Origin: Diplonema japonicum
Taxonomy: Eukaryota > Protista > Euglenozoa: Diplonemea
Direction: 5' to 3'
Assembly: GCA_964019335.1 (NCBI GenBank)
Contig: OZ025703.1
Location: 1-64,000, forward strand
Length of the DNA stretch: 64,000 bases
Notes under the pieces: generated by a model
Seen by the model: the letters and a program-made list of their open reading frames with translations, nothing else
Told to the model about the DNA's origin: nothing
Database searches by the model: none
Position numbers and translations under genes: made by a program
Shown: one piece after another, positions 44,102-56,917 of the stretch
Layout of the letters: each line of letters begins with the position of its first letter
Position numbering within the stretch: the stretch's first letter is position 1

Positions 44102-46123
44102 ATGCACGCGTTACGTTTTGTATTATTTACCACTCTGGTGGTGGAGTGCGTGGGCGAGTCGTATAAGATGAGAAAGGATGGCTACACGTACGAGTGGCAC
44201 CCTAAAGAGGCGGTAAGGCAATATCATTCAAGTGTACCGGTAGTGCTAGGGAGGTATGAGAAGGAACTGAACGATGGGCAGATGTACACGAATGGTGACA
44301 CTTGTGGCGCAACGAAGAGGTCTACATTTGTGCAGCTGAAGTGCTGCGACGGTGTGTGTGGGGACGAAGACCGGTACGTGCTCTACGACATAAAGGAGCC
44401 GAAGCCATGCCAGTATGAAGCTGTTGTCTGCGATGCCATGCTGTGTGCTGAAGGACCGAGCAGTGGGAAGGCATTGTCGCTGAACGAGATCCGCAAGCTA
44501 CGCGAGGAGACGAGAGAAATGTTCTACCACGCTTATAATTCGTACATGACACACGCCTTCCCTGCTGCAGAGCTGCGCCCTGTTTCGTGTCAAGGAGGAG
44601 ACTTTTCGTTCTCCGACATCCCCGGCCTCACCCTCATCGACACGCTCGACACACTTGCCATCCTTGATGACGTGCCGCAGTTCCAGAAAGGTGTTGACGC
44701 GGTGTTAGATATTCTCGACGATTTTGACTTCGACCTCAATGTCTCTGTGTTCGAGACAACCATCAGGGCCCTCGGAGGGCTTCTTTCTGCGCACATATTT
44801 GCTTCAACACCCAAATATGGTTTCACAGCTGGGGGATGGCGTTATTCAGACGGCCTGCTCCACCTCGCAGTCGACTTGGCGGAACGTCTCTCTGCCGCAT
44901 TCCCCGAAGACCAAGGCATCCCGTACGGGACCGTCAACTTAAGGTACGGTGTCCCAGAGGGCGAAACACCAGTAGCAAGTGTTGCAGGTGCCGGGTCGCT
45001 ATCCGTTGAGTTCTTGATAGTGAGCCTACTTTCAGGGAACGAGAAGTATGGGAGAATTGCTGTACACGCATCGAAGCTGTTGTTTGACTTCAGGAGCCAC
45101 ATTGGGCTGGTGGGGAAGCACATCAACGCGAAAACAATGGAGTGGACGGAGACGGGGAGCGGGATAGGGACCAACACAGACTCCTTCTACGAATATCTTC
45201 TTAAGGTGTACATGCTGTCGGGGTCGGGGGCGTCATGGGAAATGTTCGAAGAGAGCTACGAAGCAGTGATGGCCTTCATTGCTGACGGTGACTGGTACCC
45301 TGATGTGCATATGAAGACGGGCGAGCTCCAGCGACAGAGAGCAGAAGGGTTGCTAGCTTTCTGGCCGGGGCTGCAAACACTCATCGGGGACCACGCTTCT
45401 GCAGCCAACACTATGAACGCTTTGATGAGCATTTGGAGAGATGCTTACTTCCTCCCAGAGGGCTATGACTACAAGCTGCGGAGTGTAGGTTCCAACCCTG
45501 TGGACCAATCGTATCTTCTGCGTCCCGAGTTCATCGAATCGTTGGTTTACCTCAGGAAGGCTACTAATGATAACAGCTGGTTGCGGGCTGGGAAAGAAGT
45601 CCTGGAGTCCATCCAGACTTTTTGCAGGACACCATGTGGCTATACATCGGTGGAGAACCTCAGAGATGGCAAGGCCACCAAGCAGGATCTGATGCCGTCG
45701 TTTTTCCTGTCAGAAACTGCGAAGTACTTGTATCTTCTTTTTGATGACGCGCTCACAAAGGAAGGCCACTGGGTGCTCAGCCCATCCGATCCTTGGGTTT
45801 TCAGGTATTAGTTGTTGTTTCACAAATAACTCACTGCAGCACCGAGGCCCACCCGTACCCTATCAAGGCCATGCAAAATCTTGTCACACCCAACATCTCA
45901 GCCTCTCTCCCTGAAGGCATCTTGACTGCAAGACCTTCGGCCCTCCGGGAGTGCCCCGCAGAGCAGCTCTGGGTACAGAGCTACAACCCGTACTATGTGG
46001 TATGCCTTGCGACAATGAAAAGCCACACAGCCCGACGACGGTGTTGCACAGCCGCCACCCCAGCAAACTCTTACCTTCAAGACACTGCAGGAGTTGGGTG
46101 CAGCACTCAATTTTCAGATTTAG
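44102..46123 (+). CDS. EDEM-like GH47 alpha-1,2-mannosidase with N-terminal MRH lectin domain (introns 45805-45839 and 46000-46030)
   Basis: Signal peptide; YTYEW..VRQYH..YTNGDTC..RST.V..C..EP.PC.Y (MRH); MFYHAYNSYM.HAFP, VFETTIR, DSFYEYLLK, LRPE, SFFLSET.KY, FSTEAHP. Confidence 0.9.
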
Positions 46124-46174
46124 ACAAGTGACTTGCCTTGGTGTCCTCCTCGATATTATCTAGGCTCTATAAAT

Positions 46175-47458
46175 ATGAGGACACTAGCTTTGCTCGCCCT
46201 TGCGCTGCTTGTCAGGGGAAACGACACGGTTTACAAGTTCCCCGACGTCCCTTCCCATGTTGCCGTGAAACTTTTGGAGGTGGAATGCAAGGGCTGTGCC
46301 ACTGGCGATGGGAAAGTCGATGTGTGGTACCCTGATGGTTTCTCGGCGGACTCCATTTTTGCTGGGAGGAACTACACACTTGATATCAGGGGTGGTGCTG
46401 AGCTGGTGGAAATGGCGGAGTCCTTTGGATTGAAGCCTACTGTTAAGGTTCAGAGCGTAAGAGAGCTCATAAAGGCGGAGAGGCTGAATGGCACGGAGGA
46501 CTGGAACAGTGAGTACCATACTTTTGCTGATATTGATACCCGCTTGAGAAGCTTTGCCAGCACCTACGGTGCGCAGTACGTCGCATCCATCGGCAGCACC
46601 TTCGATGGGGCTTCCATCCCCGCACTTCGCTTCGGGTCGTCGCCACGCAAGGACATCATCTACCTGCAGTGCGGGATCCACGCCAGAGAATGGATCAGCC
46701 CTGCTACCTGCATGTACTACATCGAGCAGATGCTCATCGACGTCCAGAAGGGCACCCAGCCCATGGCGGGTCTCCTTGCACAGACCGAGGTTTTCGTTGT
46801 GCCTGTGCTCAATGTTGACGGGTACAAATTCACGTGGAGCGACAACAGAATGTGGAGGAAGAACAGAAGACTCAATTCCGACGGTTCGTACGGTGTTGAC
46901 ATGAACAGAAACTGGGACGACCACTGGGGTCTCTGCGGCTCGTCGGCCACACCCCGCTCTGACACTTACCGTGGCACGGGCCCCTTCAGCGAGTCGGAGA
47001 CAGCCGCCGTGCGTACACTGTTCCAGCAGCTCAAATCGTCTGGCTTTAGGATCCAGAGCGGCATCGACTTCCATTCTTACGGCGAGCTTATCCTGAGGCC
47101 TTACGGGTGGACACTCCCCAATGTTCCGTGTCCCGACGCTCCGTCTCAGCCTGCCGTGTGCGTGCCCCCCAATGAGAACCACAACAAGGCCGTGGCTGAT
47201 GGGATGCAAGCTGCCATCAAGGAGGTCCATGGCGTGGCTTACACGTCCGAGCACGCGGCGGAGCTGTACTGCGCTGCCGGTGGTGCTGACGACTGGATTG
47301 CCATCTCCACTGCGCAGGCCTCCGGCTTCTGCTTCGAGCTCCGCGACACAGGCAGCTACGGCTTCGTGCTGCCTGCTGAACAGATCATCCCTACAGGTGA
47401 GGAGATCTATGGGGCGATGAAGTACTACTTCGCTGAGGTTATCAAGAGCAGGGAGTAG
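46175..47458 (+). CDS. Secreted M14 zinc carboxypeptidase (A/B-like)
   Basis: Signal peptide, GIHAREWI, WRKNR, DMNRNW, DFHSY, FELRD. Confidence 0.93.
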   Translation: MRTLALLALALLVRGNDTVYKFPDVPSHVAVKLLEVECKGCATGDGKVDVWYPDGFSADSIFAGRNYTLDIRGGAELVEMAESFGLKPTVKVQSVRELIKAERLNGTEDWNSEYHTFADIDTRLRSFASTYGAQYVASIGSTFDGASIPALRFGSSPRKDIIYLQCGIHAREWISPATCMYYIEQMLIDVQKGTQPMAGLLAQTEVFVVPVLNVDGYKFTWSDNRMWRKNRRLNSDGSYGVDMNRNWDDHWGLCGSSATPRSDTYRGTGPFSESETAAVRTLFQQLKSSGFRIQSGIDFHSYGELILRPYGWTLPNVPCPDAPSQPAVCVPPNENHNKAVADGMQAAIKEVHGVAYTSEHAAELYCAAGGADDWIAISTAQASGFCFELRDTGSYGFVLPAEQIIPTGEEIYGAMKYYFAEVIKSRE

Positions 47459-47662
47459 GCCAAAATGTGCAAGCAAAAGGAAAAACCTTTTCGCTATGCC
47501 TAGTAACTTGTGATTCGTTATTCTTTTCCTCACCTTTTATTAGTTTTGCTCAAGGCGGGTACACCCGTTTCTGCCCTGGGCTAACCGCTCACGTGTGGAG
47601 TGATGTGACACCTTTTGTTATTGCTCTGTGTTGCCACCCAACTCATTTGAGCCAGCAGGAAT

Positions 47663-48757
47663 ATGTATTCGGTCTCATTCAAGTACAACGGGCTTGAGAA
47701 GAGTGAGTCAATCCTGGAGAGGGAGGCAGATGACGTGGAGGTGAGACTGAAGAAGAAGCTGGTGGCGAAGCATGGCCTGATCGACGACGACAAGACAAGG
47801 GAAGCGCTGAGGAAGTCGTTCATAAACTTCGACGCGAACGGGAACGGGCGGGTGAGCCTGCAAGAGTTCATTCGAGCTATGGCAGTGCACAGCTTTGTGG
47901 ACATGGATGATGTGTTGGAGGTTGTGTTTCACAAGTACGATGTGGATGACAGCGGGAGTCTAGAATATGACGAGTTCTGCAAAGGGCTGTACGGACTGAT
48001 CCCCATCCCAGGTGCCTCTAAGGAGTGTCGAGAGCTGTGCAGGCGTATCACATTGTCTCTAAAGGCAAACCGTGGAAGCCGCAATCTTGTCATCACCCTC
48101 CGCGGGATGGACAATGACGGGAATGGGCTTCTTGACCGCTCGGAAATCTACGCAGGGCTCTCTTCCTGTGGTGTGGACCTCACCGAAAGGGAGCTCGACA
48201 CCATCGGCCATTACTTCGATCGCAACGGCGACGGCCGAATCAGCATCTCAGAGTTCTCGCACACGTTGCGCGGAGATATTAACATGTGGCGCACGCAGAT
48301 GGTGAAACTGGCCTTCCTGCAGGTCGACACCAACGACAGCGGAGGCATCTCCTTCACCGAGATGAGGGAGGCGTTCCGTGCTGACCTGCACCCCGACGTG
48401 GTTTCCGGGCAGTACACCGAACAAGAGATCGTCGATGAGTTCATCCAGTCCTGGGTGAAGGATCCCGACGAGGAAATCAGCGAGATGGAGTTCCTTGATT
48501 ACTACAAAGACATCAGCCTTGCCATCCCCAATGATGAGGCGTTCACCACCTTAGTGAAGCAGACGTGGAAGCCCCGCCAGCCCATCGTGCCACCTTCAGA
48601 CATCCCTGTGCGTATCACACACGAAGATGGCTCCACAGAGACTGTCACCATCGAGCGCGAGGCACTCTCGCTTAATTACACAAAACGCTCGATCGAAGTT
48701 CACCTCCGAAGACAAGGCTACGCTGACATAGCGAAGATAAGAGTCCTGGAGCCATGA
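47663..48757 (+). CDS. Multi-EF-hand calcium-binding protein (calcyphosin-like)
   Basis: DANGNGRVSLQE, DVDDSGSLEYDE, DNDGNGLLDRSE, DRNGDGRISISE, DTNDSGGISFTE; HPDV..G. Confidence 0.88.
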   Translation: MYSVSFKYNGLEKSESILEREADDVEVRLKKKLVAKHGLIDDDKTREALRKSFINFDANGNGRVSLQEFIRAMAVHSFVDMDDVLEVVFHKYDVDDSGSLEYDEFCKGLYGLIPIPGASKECRELCRRITLSLKANRGSRNLVITLRGMDNDGNGLLDRSEIYAGLSSCGVDLTERELDTIGHYFDRNGDGRISISEFSHTLRGDINMWRTQMVKLAFLQVDTNDSGGISFTEMREAFRADLHPDVVSGQYTEQEIVDEFIQSWVKDPDEEISEMEFLDYYKDISLAIPNDEAFTTLVKQTWKPRQPIVPPSDIPVRITHEDGSTETVTIEREALSLNYTKRSIEVHLRRQGYADIAKIRVLEP

Positions 48758-48839
48758 AACAATAGGCTGTGTTGTAAATACTTTTTATTTTTCTTTTTTC
48801 CCAGTTGTATCTCTTCTTATTTGCACTATCAGGCGCGAT

Positions 48840-51800
48840 ATGTCGCGGCCTGGGACTGCCGAGAGGCCTCCCACCGCGTCTCGGCCAGAGGAGAAGCGAT
48901 CGACATTACCGGAGGCGGTGCACGCCCTGTGCGAACCTGTACAGCATGAGGATGAGCTCACAATCATGTACAAAAAGTATTGGAGCACCTTCGACAGCGT
49001 GAGGGACGGTGCAGTAGCGATCCCGCATGATGAATACGCCGTGTTGATGAGGAGTGTTTTGAAGCTCAGCGGCGCAGCGACGACCTGCTCGAACGTGTTG
49101 TCCTTGCGACTGTGCCACCACGATTCCGTAGGAAGGGACGGCGTCAAACTTAAAGCATTTAAAGCACGTTTACAGGAAGTAGTAACCAGACTGTGGCCCA
49201 GAGGCGAGCTGCTTGAGAGGCTAGAACACCTGTACTCCCTTGTTACGCAAACCGACCCGCCTGACGTCCTCCGCTTCAGGAGCTTCTCTGATGTGGAGCG
49301 CGATGACACCTGTTTCTCGCTTGCCACCATGTGCCCTTTTGTGCAGCGGTCCGCATCCACAGCACAGAATTGCTTCGTCATCACAGGTGACCCTTGTGTG
49401 GGGAAAACTAAATTGGGTGCTGAGATCTGCCGTAGGCTTGGAACCGTGCATTTGGACACCGTGAGTTTGGTCATGGCGGAGATACACCAAGGGTCCGAGC
49501 TTGGGAAGCAGCTCCAAGAGATTGTCGAGGCGAAGGAAGCCATCCCTATCGAGATACAAGGTGGGCTCATAGGTGCTGAGATCAAGAAACCCACAGTAGC
49601 GCACAGGGGCTTCGTGATGGACGAGTTCCCTGTGATGCCTATGTCAGCAAAGGGTGACGAGCACATGGCGAAGTGGGTGTCATGGTGCGGGTTCGGTAGC
49701 AACGCCACACATGTCGTGTCTGTCTTTTGCCAGGACACTTTGAAGCCTGCAGATGAGTGGACCAAATGCTACACAACAGTACAAAAGGAGTGGGCCGTGC
49801 GAGATGAGGAAGAGATGCGACTGAGGACGAAAGAAGATAAGGAAGACATGCTCACAAAGCAGATGGAGGAATCAAAGAAGGCAAAGGAGGGAGAGGGGGA
49901 GGAAGCCGGGGGCTCTGAAGAAGAGCAAGACGAGAATGCTGCAAAAGAAAAAATCGCAGCAGCGAAAAGACGGGTGGACAGAAGGCTTTTGCACGACATC
50001 AACAAATGCGTGCACGCAGGCAGGATGCAGTGGTTCACGGAGGGAACACCCAACGCGCCATCGTGGGAAGGCGACACCCCATTCATCTCACCAGCGCAAC
50101 ACATAGAACTTGCAAGCATCATCGACAATGCAACAGCACGGGGATGCTACTACGAAGTGCTGTCTGTTGAAAGCCCTGAGAACCAAGCCAACCAGGTGAT
50201 GCAGCACTGCCCTAGTGTCATCCCTGTGGACATTCCCTCGGCGCCTGACGTTAAGATACCAGAAGACCTGTCTGAGGTGGAGAGCGCTGAGCAGGAGCAG
50301 CTCGCAACTCTAGCCACACCGTTCTCTGTTTGGGGGAAGATCTGCCCTGTTACTTACATGGAGCTGGGGATATCCATTTCAGGGCTGTACATCTACCTCT
50401 CAGCCTATAAGGGATTCTTGTACTACTTCACAACAGAAGAGCGGCGGCAAGAGTTCGTTGCCAATCCTGACCGTTATCTCGCGTCACCTCCGAAGCTGGT
50501 GAATCAGCCTATCCTGCTTATCAGTAAGCAACACGAAGTACTCGATGTGATCGGCAGCCCCAGTGCCGTGTGTGTTCCTATCATACAGCACATGGAGTAC
50601 AAACCCGTAAACCTTGATGAGTATGCAGCCACGTGGAAACAGTGGAAGGATGAGCAAACAAAGATCGAAGAAGAACGGCTGCAGCGAGAATTAGAAGAGA
50701 AACAGCGGGAGGCGGAGGACAAAGCAAGGGAGAAGAAAGCAAAGAAGAAAAAGGGTGATGAGAAGAAGAAGGACCCTAAAAAGAAGAAGGAAGATGAGGT
50801 TGTGGCACCACCCGAGCCTCAAGAGGAAGAAAAGGAAGAAGAAAAAGTTGAGCTGGGGCTCGTTGCACAGAAGCTGGTTGACATCGAAAAGGAGATGGCG
50901 CGGCGTGCGTTGGAGCCGTCTGTCGTTGTGAATGGCATCAACGCTGACAGCTCTCAGTGGTTGGACTACCTAAAAGAGCACCAACTGCTGCCCACTACAG
51001 TAGTCTTGCTCGATATGCCGAAGGAGGAGCCAGAGAGGCCCGAAGATGATGACGAAGAAGCGGAAGCAGAGGAACGGGACCCCGACCAGGATGATGCCGA
51101 AGATAAGCCGAAGGAGCCCCCCACCCTCGACATGACGGACGCCGTGGGGTACACACGGTCCATAGAAGCCTTCGTCAATAGCCTGTCACAAGAAGGTGGT
51201 GAAGAAGAGCAGGAGAAGTCTAGTCCTTCATACGTCGTGCATGTGGTGAACATTCGGAAGGCACAAAATGCAGAAGAGGCTGTGATAGAGATGTCTAGGC
51301 AGCTAAACCCCTTTTCTAACAAGTTATCCAGCATGCAAGAAGACGAAGAAGAGGGAGAACCACAAGAGGAAAAGGAAGAAGAAGAAGGGAAAACTGAAGA
51401 TCTCCGCCTCACACCCGGGCCACCTCCTCTGTCGTTCTATGGCACAACAAGGAAATACTGCCCTGTATCTGTGGCCAAGAAGCTTTTAGTATTCGGTGAC
51501 CCCGAGCACGCCGTGACCTACGGTGGGAAGAAGTGGTTGTTCAGGGGCAGTGGCGAGCGCAAGGCCTTTTTGGAAGACCCAAAAACTATTTCTGCGGAGC
51601 ACCCCATACCACCCCCTGCCTTTTGGGTCATGGGCACAGAGTGTAGTTACCAAGAAGAGATTCGGGAGGCCCTTGAGGAGGTGTACAGGGTGCCTGCTAT
51701 CAACTTCAAGGACATGGAAGGTACCGCTGCGTTGTGCCACCTCGTTAATTCGGAGTGCGAACACGTGCATGCTGCGTGCGACGTACTCGAAGAGCGAAAG

Positions 51801-54612
51801 TACTTTGATGAGGATCAAGCAAAACGGAAGAAACAGAAAGAGATCTACAACCAGACAGAGCACGAGGGTGACGACCAGGATGAAGAGCTGGAGAACTGGG
51901 AACCTGAAGACGAAGATGCATGTGCAGAGCGGGTTCTGGCTAGTAATGTGAAGTATGCATTGTGAAAACCAAGCCACACACTCAGGCTGCTGAAGCACCT
52001 TATACGCTGTGAGCCCTTTGCTTCTTCCGGCTACGTTCTCCACAACGTTCCCACCAAGGTATACAGCACAAAAGATGTATAACACAACGCGCACACACAC
52101 ACACACACAGGAGGAACATTTGGATGTCATGAACACGGCCGACGTCATTCCTGAAGTACTTGTGCATGCAACCCTGTCCAAGGAGACGTACCTCAGGAGG
52201 AGGCTTCCTGGCGTAGTGGAAGAGCGCAGCGCCATCGTTCAAGAAAAAACGTTGCTGGCGAAACAGAAACAAAAAGAAAAGGCGTTGAAGAACAAGGAAA
52301 AGGCGCTTGAAAGATGGCGGCGCAGGAACATCGGAGGCGACGAGGAAGACGAAGCGGAGGAGGAAGAGGAGGAAACCGTGGCGCCTGTGAGCCGCGAAGA
52401 GGTGTCGGAGGAGCTTGGTACCGCCTTTGATGAGGAACTGAGCGCCATCGAAGTAGTTATCACAAAGCAAATTGAGAACAGAGTTACTGTCACGAAGGTG
52501 GATGCAGAGGCCACCGTCAGCGTGTTTATTTCCACCCTCATGCTGAGGCTCAAGAATCATTTGGCATACAGAGCTTCTCTGTTTTGCTGTCCGTACCTCA
52601 CAACTAAAGAAGATGCTGCCCTGATGCTGCAACACGGCAAGGTCATGCCGTCGCCTTTCGGCAAATGCGACCCTGTTGAGCAGTACGATGCGCTCAATGA
52701 CGCCAAGACACTGTACCAGCTCAAAGCAGAGAAGCCCGTTAGCATAGAACCCAAGCCACAACCTGAAGAGAGCAACAAGGCCGAAAGTGGCGAGGAGGGC
52801 GAAGGAGAGGCCGAAGAAGCAAACGCAGACCCCGAGCCGACTGAGGAGGAACTCGAGGAGCTGCACAAGGCTGCGGCATTAAAACGGGCGAAAAAAGACT
52901 ATCCCAAACCCGTAGTCTCAGATGGAAAAATCTACTATTGCAACAGCGAAGAGACCCTCCTGCGTTTCTTGGAGCACCCCCTCAGATACGTGGAGCAGGA
53001 ACCACTGCTCTCTAGTTACATAAGTGCCGACCCTATGAAAGTGTTTCGGGAGCAGGTGCCTGTTGTTGTTTATGAGTTGCCTTTATTTATAGCGGTTGTG
53101 GACCAGCCCAAGAGTGACAGCAGGTCACTTGGGGAACATTTGGCGTACAACTTGAACGCGGTGCACATTTCAAAGAGGAAGCTGGTTAAAAGTATCCTGA
53201 CCACACACACTGTACTTGCGGAGGAGGCGATGGCAGCCATCAAGGCGCACAAGCCGATCGATGCATCGCTGATGACGAAGATGCTTCTAATGCGGTTGGG
53301 CATGGAAGATGTGACCAGCAGAGGCTGCGTGCTCGACGGCGTGTGCAACACCGCACAAATGGCAGAACTCATATACACGGAGCTTGCCGGAGTGTGCCCC
53401 CTGCACAACGTTTTGATCAAGCAACGAGAGGAACTACTTCATATCGCGAGATGTTTCACGAGGGAGAGCAACAATGTGACGTTCCTCGAGGCAGGCGGGA
53501 CCATGCTCACTGATGTGGTTACCTCCATGCGCGCGGTTGCTGCGGCAAAGGAAAACCGGCGGGCACTGGCAAGGAGGCGTTTTTACGGGCTTCCTGCAAA
53601 CCTGGTGAACACCGCACAGCCCATCGAGTCTATAATTGAGCGTTTGAGCAAGTACCAGACCTACTGCGCATGGGAATGGATCGAGAACAAATGCCTGGTG
53701 AACTGCAGGGAGATCCAACATTGCGCCGAGTACGGCGACGTGACGTACTGCTTTTCATCAGAGAAGTACATGACAGACTTCCTGCTGAACCCCTCGAAGT
53801 ACGAAGACTTTGACAACCAGTACACTCTCCCCTCAAGCGTCCCACAGTACATGGATTTCGATGAAAATAATTCAAGTACATCTCAAACACCTACCGACGA
53901 GGAGAACAAGCCTAGCGAGATAGTCTGGCAGTTCGAGGGCTTCTGTCCGGTTACTCTTTACACAACAAGGAATACTATAGGGCTGAAAGGAGTGAAGCAA
54001 CCGAAAGCTGTTGAAGGGCTGAAAACGTGGGCTGTGGGGTACAAGAACAAGGCGTACAAAATGGCGTCTGAAGAACTGCGAGAGATGTTCATGAAGCAGC
54101 CCTGGCTGTACATTGACGGGGCAGTGATGCCCAGTAGGGTACCCGTGCAGAAGGAATTACTCGGCAATGTTGATAAAGTCTCCATGCAGACCTACGTCAA
54201 CCAGACGCTGTACGAGGCTGTCGCGAAGGCCATGCTGGCTGTGGGCGACACACGGCCAGGGTTCCCCGGCTCCTCCGTGCGGTCCAGTGCACTGCGCTAC
54301 ATAGCAACGCACCTCAAGGCACACAACCCGAAGAACACACCTCTGAAGTATGGCACAAAGCAAAATCCCACCCACTACAGAGCTCAATTGTACACAAAGA
54401 ACCTTGAAGAATACACCGAAGCGTGCTCCCTGGCAGACTTCTTCCTTTCTAATGAAAGTGCCCAAGTATCCGAAGAGACACGGAACAAAAAGGTATATAC
54501 AGTGTTTCATTACGGACTAAAATGTGCACAGGTCACCATGTGGGATGCGATCCAGAAGAAAGAGCTCTGCCCCGATAGATACGAGCAGTTCAACATCGGC
54601 GATCTGCCGTGA
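48840..54612 (+). CDS. Adenylate kinase 9-like flagellar protein with YHS-type repeats (introns 51953-51985, 52059-52110, 54348-54380, 54493-54531)
   Basis: ITGDPCVGKT P-loop, repeated CPV..Y.G..Y.F..F..P..Y motifs, C-terminal RP.FP..SAL..A.HLKAHNP. Confidence 0.8.
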
Positions 54613-54738
54613 GATGCAATGTGAAGGACCCTTTATGTTAAGTACCCCAAGAACCCCGAGTTAAAAAAAAAAAAGACTACTTATTCTTTAAATGTAGATA
54701 CAGATAAAAACCCTTAACACCTACAGGCACATGCGCAC

Positions 54739-56145
54739 ATGATGCACGTGCCACCGAGTAGGAGCATGGAACCGGTGCCTCCTGGCACCGCGGTGTGGGA
54801 CCCCCCTGTGGGTTACATCAACCAAGCGAGAGAAGCAGCGGTAGCCACGCAGAGAGCTGCGGCCGCAGCGGCAAGGATGGACCTTGAAAGGGAGATCGTG
54901 GCGAGGAGAGAGAACGAGCTGCGGGACATGTACAGCCACGCACCATCCCTAGACCCCACGCAGATGTCGATTGAGCGACGGGGCATGGAGATCAACGCGT
55001 TGGACAGGATGCTTTCTTCGAAGGTTGAAGATCGCAGGCATGAGCAGGAGAAGATGACCAATCGCATAGCAGAGCTGGAAGGGAACATGTCCAGTCTCAT
55101 ATCGAGAGCCAAGAATGTCATCAGCAACATAGCACCTCAGCCGCACAGTTCCTTCATCGAGCCCGTGGGGGTCCTCTCTCTCCCCCCACACCCTATACCT
55201 TACCACAAGGTTCCAACCACCACTACCACTACCACGATGCCCCCACCAGCCGTGGTCCCTTCTAGCCCGCCCCCTGCTATGCTGCAACCGCAGCCGCAGC
55301 AGCCTCAGCACCACACCCCTGTGCCAATGTACCAAGCCCCCCCGCGGCCACTGTCTCCAGAGCCTTACTTTTCGGAGAGTGCTCTTCAAAAAATGCAAAA
55401 ACACTTCAACCAAGTGCCCGAATCAAAACCCGCTGTCGAGGTTGCAACACCCTCGAAAGATAGCAAAGGCATGTCGCCGCATAGAAGTGTGCGGTGGAGG
55501 ATGGACCCCCACCACCCGCCATCTCCCTCTGCAGGTGTGAGGGTGCCGTCTCACTCGCATGTCTCTCACGTGCCCCACGTGTTCCAACCAGCACCCCAAG
55601 CCTCGACCCCAATGCCGCTACCGCCTCAAGTGATCCTCGAGCCCCCTTCTTTGCCGCCGCAGTCGGAACTGCAACCACGGCCTAGTCAGGCACCTCCACC
55701 ACAAAGCCAGCACTCACTACCTGTCAGTACTCAACCTGAACTATCGAGTCCTCTTCCAGGGCTGCGGGCTGCGGTGGCGTCGCTGACAGCACGTGCCACG
55801 TCACCTCAAACTACTACCAACAACGTAACGCTAGCAGCAGGGCCGTCTGCGTTGTCCTCCGTGGCACTGCTTGCAGCCAGCAGGCTGGGTGTGGGCACTG
55901 ATGGGACAAGTCCGCGGTCGGCTGTGCGCGCATGGGGTGAGGTGCCCCCTGTGCGGGACCTGCAGAACCCCGCGTCAAGGCAAGGCAACGCCTTCTCGCA
56001 GGCATATGCTACTGGTGCACCGCCAACACACCACAGTGACGGCCGATCCCGGCGAACACCCTCGCCGCCTGTCTCTCTCTCTCCTCCGTACCCTGACCCT
56101 GAGCCGCACAGTCGGTACGACAACCTCGCCCCGAGGTTCCATTAA
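54739..56145 (+). CDS. Hypothetical protein, coiled coil plus proline-rich region
   Basis: 468-aa ORF in the cluster orientation. Confidence 0.7.
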   Translation: MMHVPPSRSMEPVPPGTAVWDPPVGYINQAREAAVATQRAAAAAARMDLEREIVARRENELRDMYSHAPSLDPTQMSIERRGMEINALDRMLSSKVEDRRHEQEKMTNRIAELEGNMSSLISRAKNVISNIAPQPHSSFIEPVGVLSLPPHPIPYHKVPTTTTTTTMPPPAVVPSSPPPAMLQPQPQQPQHHTPVPMYQAPPRPLSPEPYFSESALQKMQKHFNQVPESKPAVEVATPSKDSKGMSPHRSVRWRMDPHHPPSPSAGVRVPSHSHVSHVPHVFQPAPQASTPMPLPPQVILEPPSLPPQSELQPRPSQAPPPQSQHSLPVSTQPELSSPLPGLRAAVASLTARATSPQTTTNNVTLAAGPSALSSVALLAASRLGVGTDGTSPRSAVRAWGEVPPVRDLQNPASRQGNAFSQAYATGAPPTHHSDGRSRRTPSPPVSLSPPYPDPEPHSRYDNLAPRFH

Positions 56146-56292
56146 GCGAGAAACATTATGTGTAAAGTTAGATAGTGTTGCCTCCCTGAACTTAGACCGT
56201 TTCTTTTTTTTAAATCCCTGTTTATGTTGTATTACTTTTCCTCCTCTTTTCCCCTTCTGCGGCAACTCTTTCCCCCTTGCAGCCACACGAGG

Positions 56293-56844
56293 ATGCTGGC
56301 GAGATGTCGTGCACTGAGGCGTGCCTTTGACGAGAATACGTGGCGGCGGAAATGGGGGGGTGCTGACCCGTGGGACACACTGGGTGTGGCAAGGGACGAT
56401 GACTGGGGTGTGGTGAAGAAGAAGTACCGTGAACTGGCGAAGAAGCACCACCCTGATGGGGGCGGCAATGTTGAGAAGTTCAAGGAGATTAGGAATGCAT
56501 ACTCAGCATTGGAAGAACGGAGGAAGATTGTGGAGATGCAGACAGGCGACACCACGGCACCCCCAGAGGAGGACGACCCGTGGAAATACGAGCACGATCC
56601 CCGCCTCCAAGAGGCTTACATTCGACAGCGGCAGATGAAGCGCGAGCTAGACGAGGCCCTCCAGGAGCGCCTGTCGATGAGTTACACTGCCCGTCTCCGC
56701 AACATGGTGTTCTACCTTGCAGTCGTCACTGGGGGGTACTTCTTCATCGAACCTCTGTGGAGCAGGAAGTGGAGCGCGAAGTACAAAAACGAGCAACGAT
56801 TGTTGCAGAAGAATACTGAGAAGAACCAATTCAGTGGAGAGTAG
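56293..56844 (+). CDS. DnaJ-domain protein with C-terminal TM helix, probably mitochondrial
   Basis: DPWDTLGV..KKKYRELAKKHHPD..FKEI..AY; R-rich N-terminus. Confidence 0.88.
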   Translation: MLARCRALRRAFDENTWRRKWGGADPWDTLGVARDDDWGVVKKKYRELAKKHHPDGGGNVEKFKEIRNAYSALEERRKIVEMQTGDTTAPPEEDDPWKYEHDPRLQEAYIRQRQMKRELDEALQERLSMSYTARLRNMVFYLAVVTGGYFFIEPLWSRKWSAKYKNEQRLLQKNTEKNQFSGE

Positions 56845-56917
56845 AAGAGGCAAATAGTTATTTAGTTATACTCACAGCTCCCCACCTCACACAGGTTGCA
56901 TACACATACACACACAG

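Noticed and set aside
46184-47533. 449-aa minus-strand ORF (also 61016-62632, 56858-57733 and 48785-49765)
   Set aside because: Antisense shadows of GC3-rich plus-strand genes with no recognisable motifs
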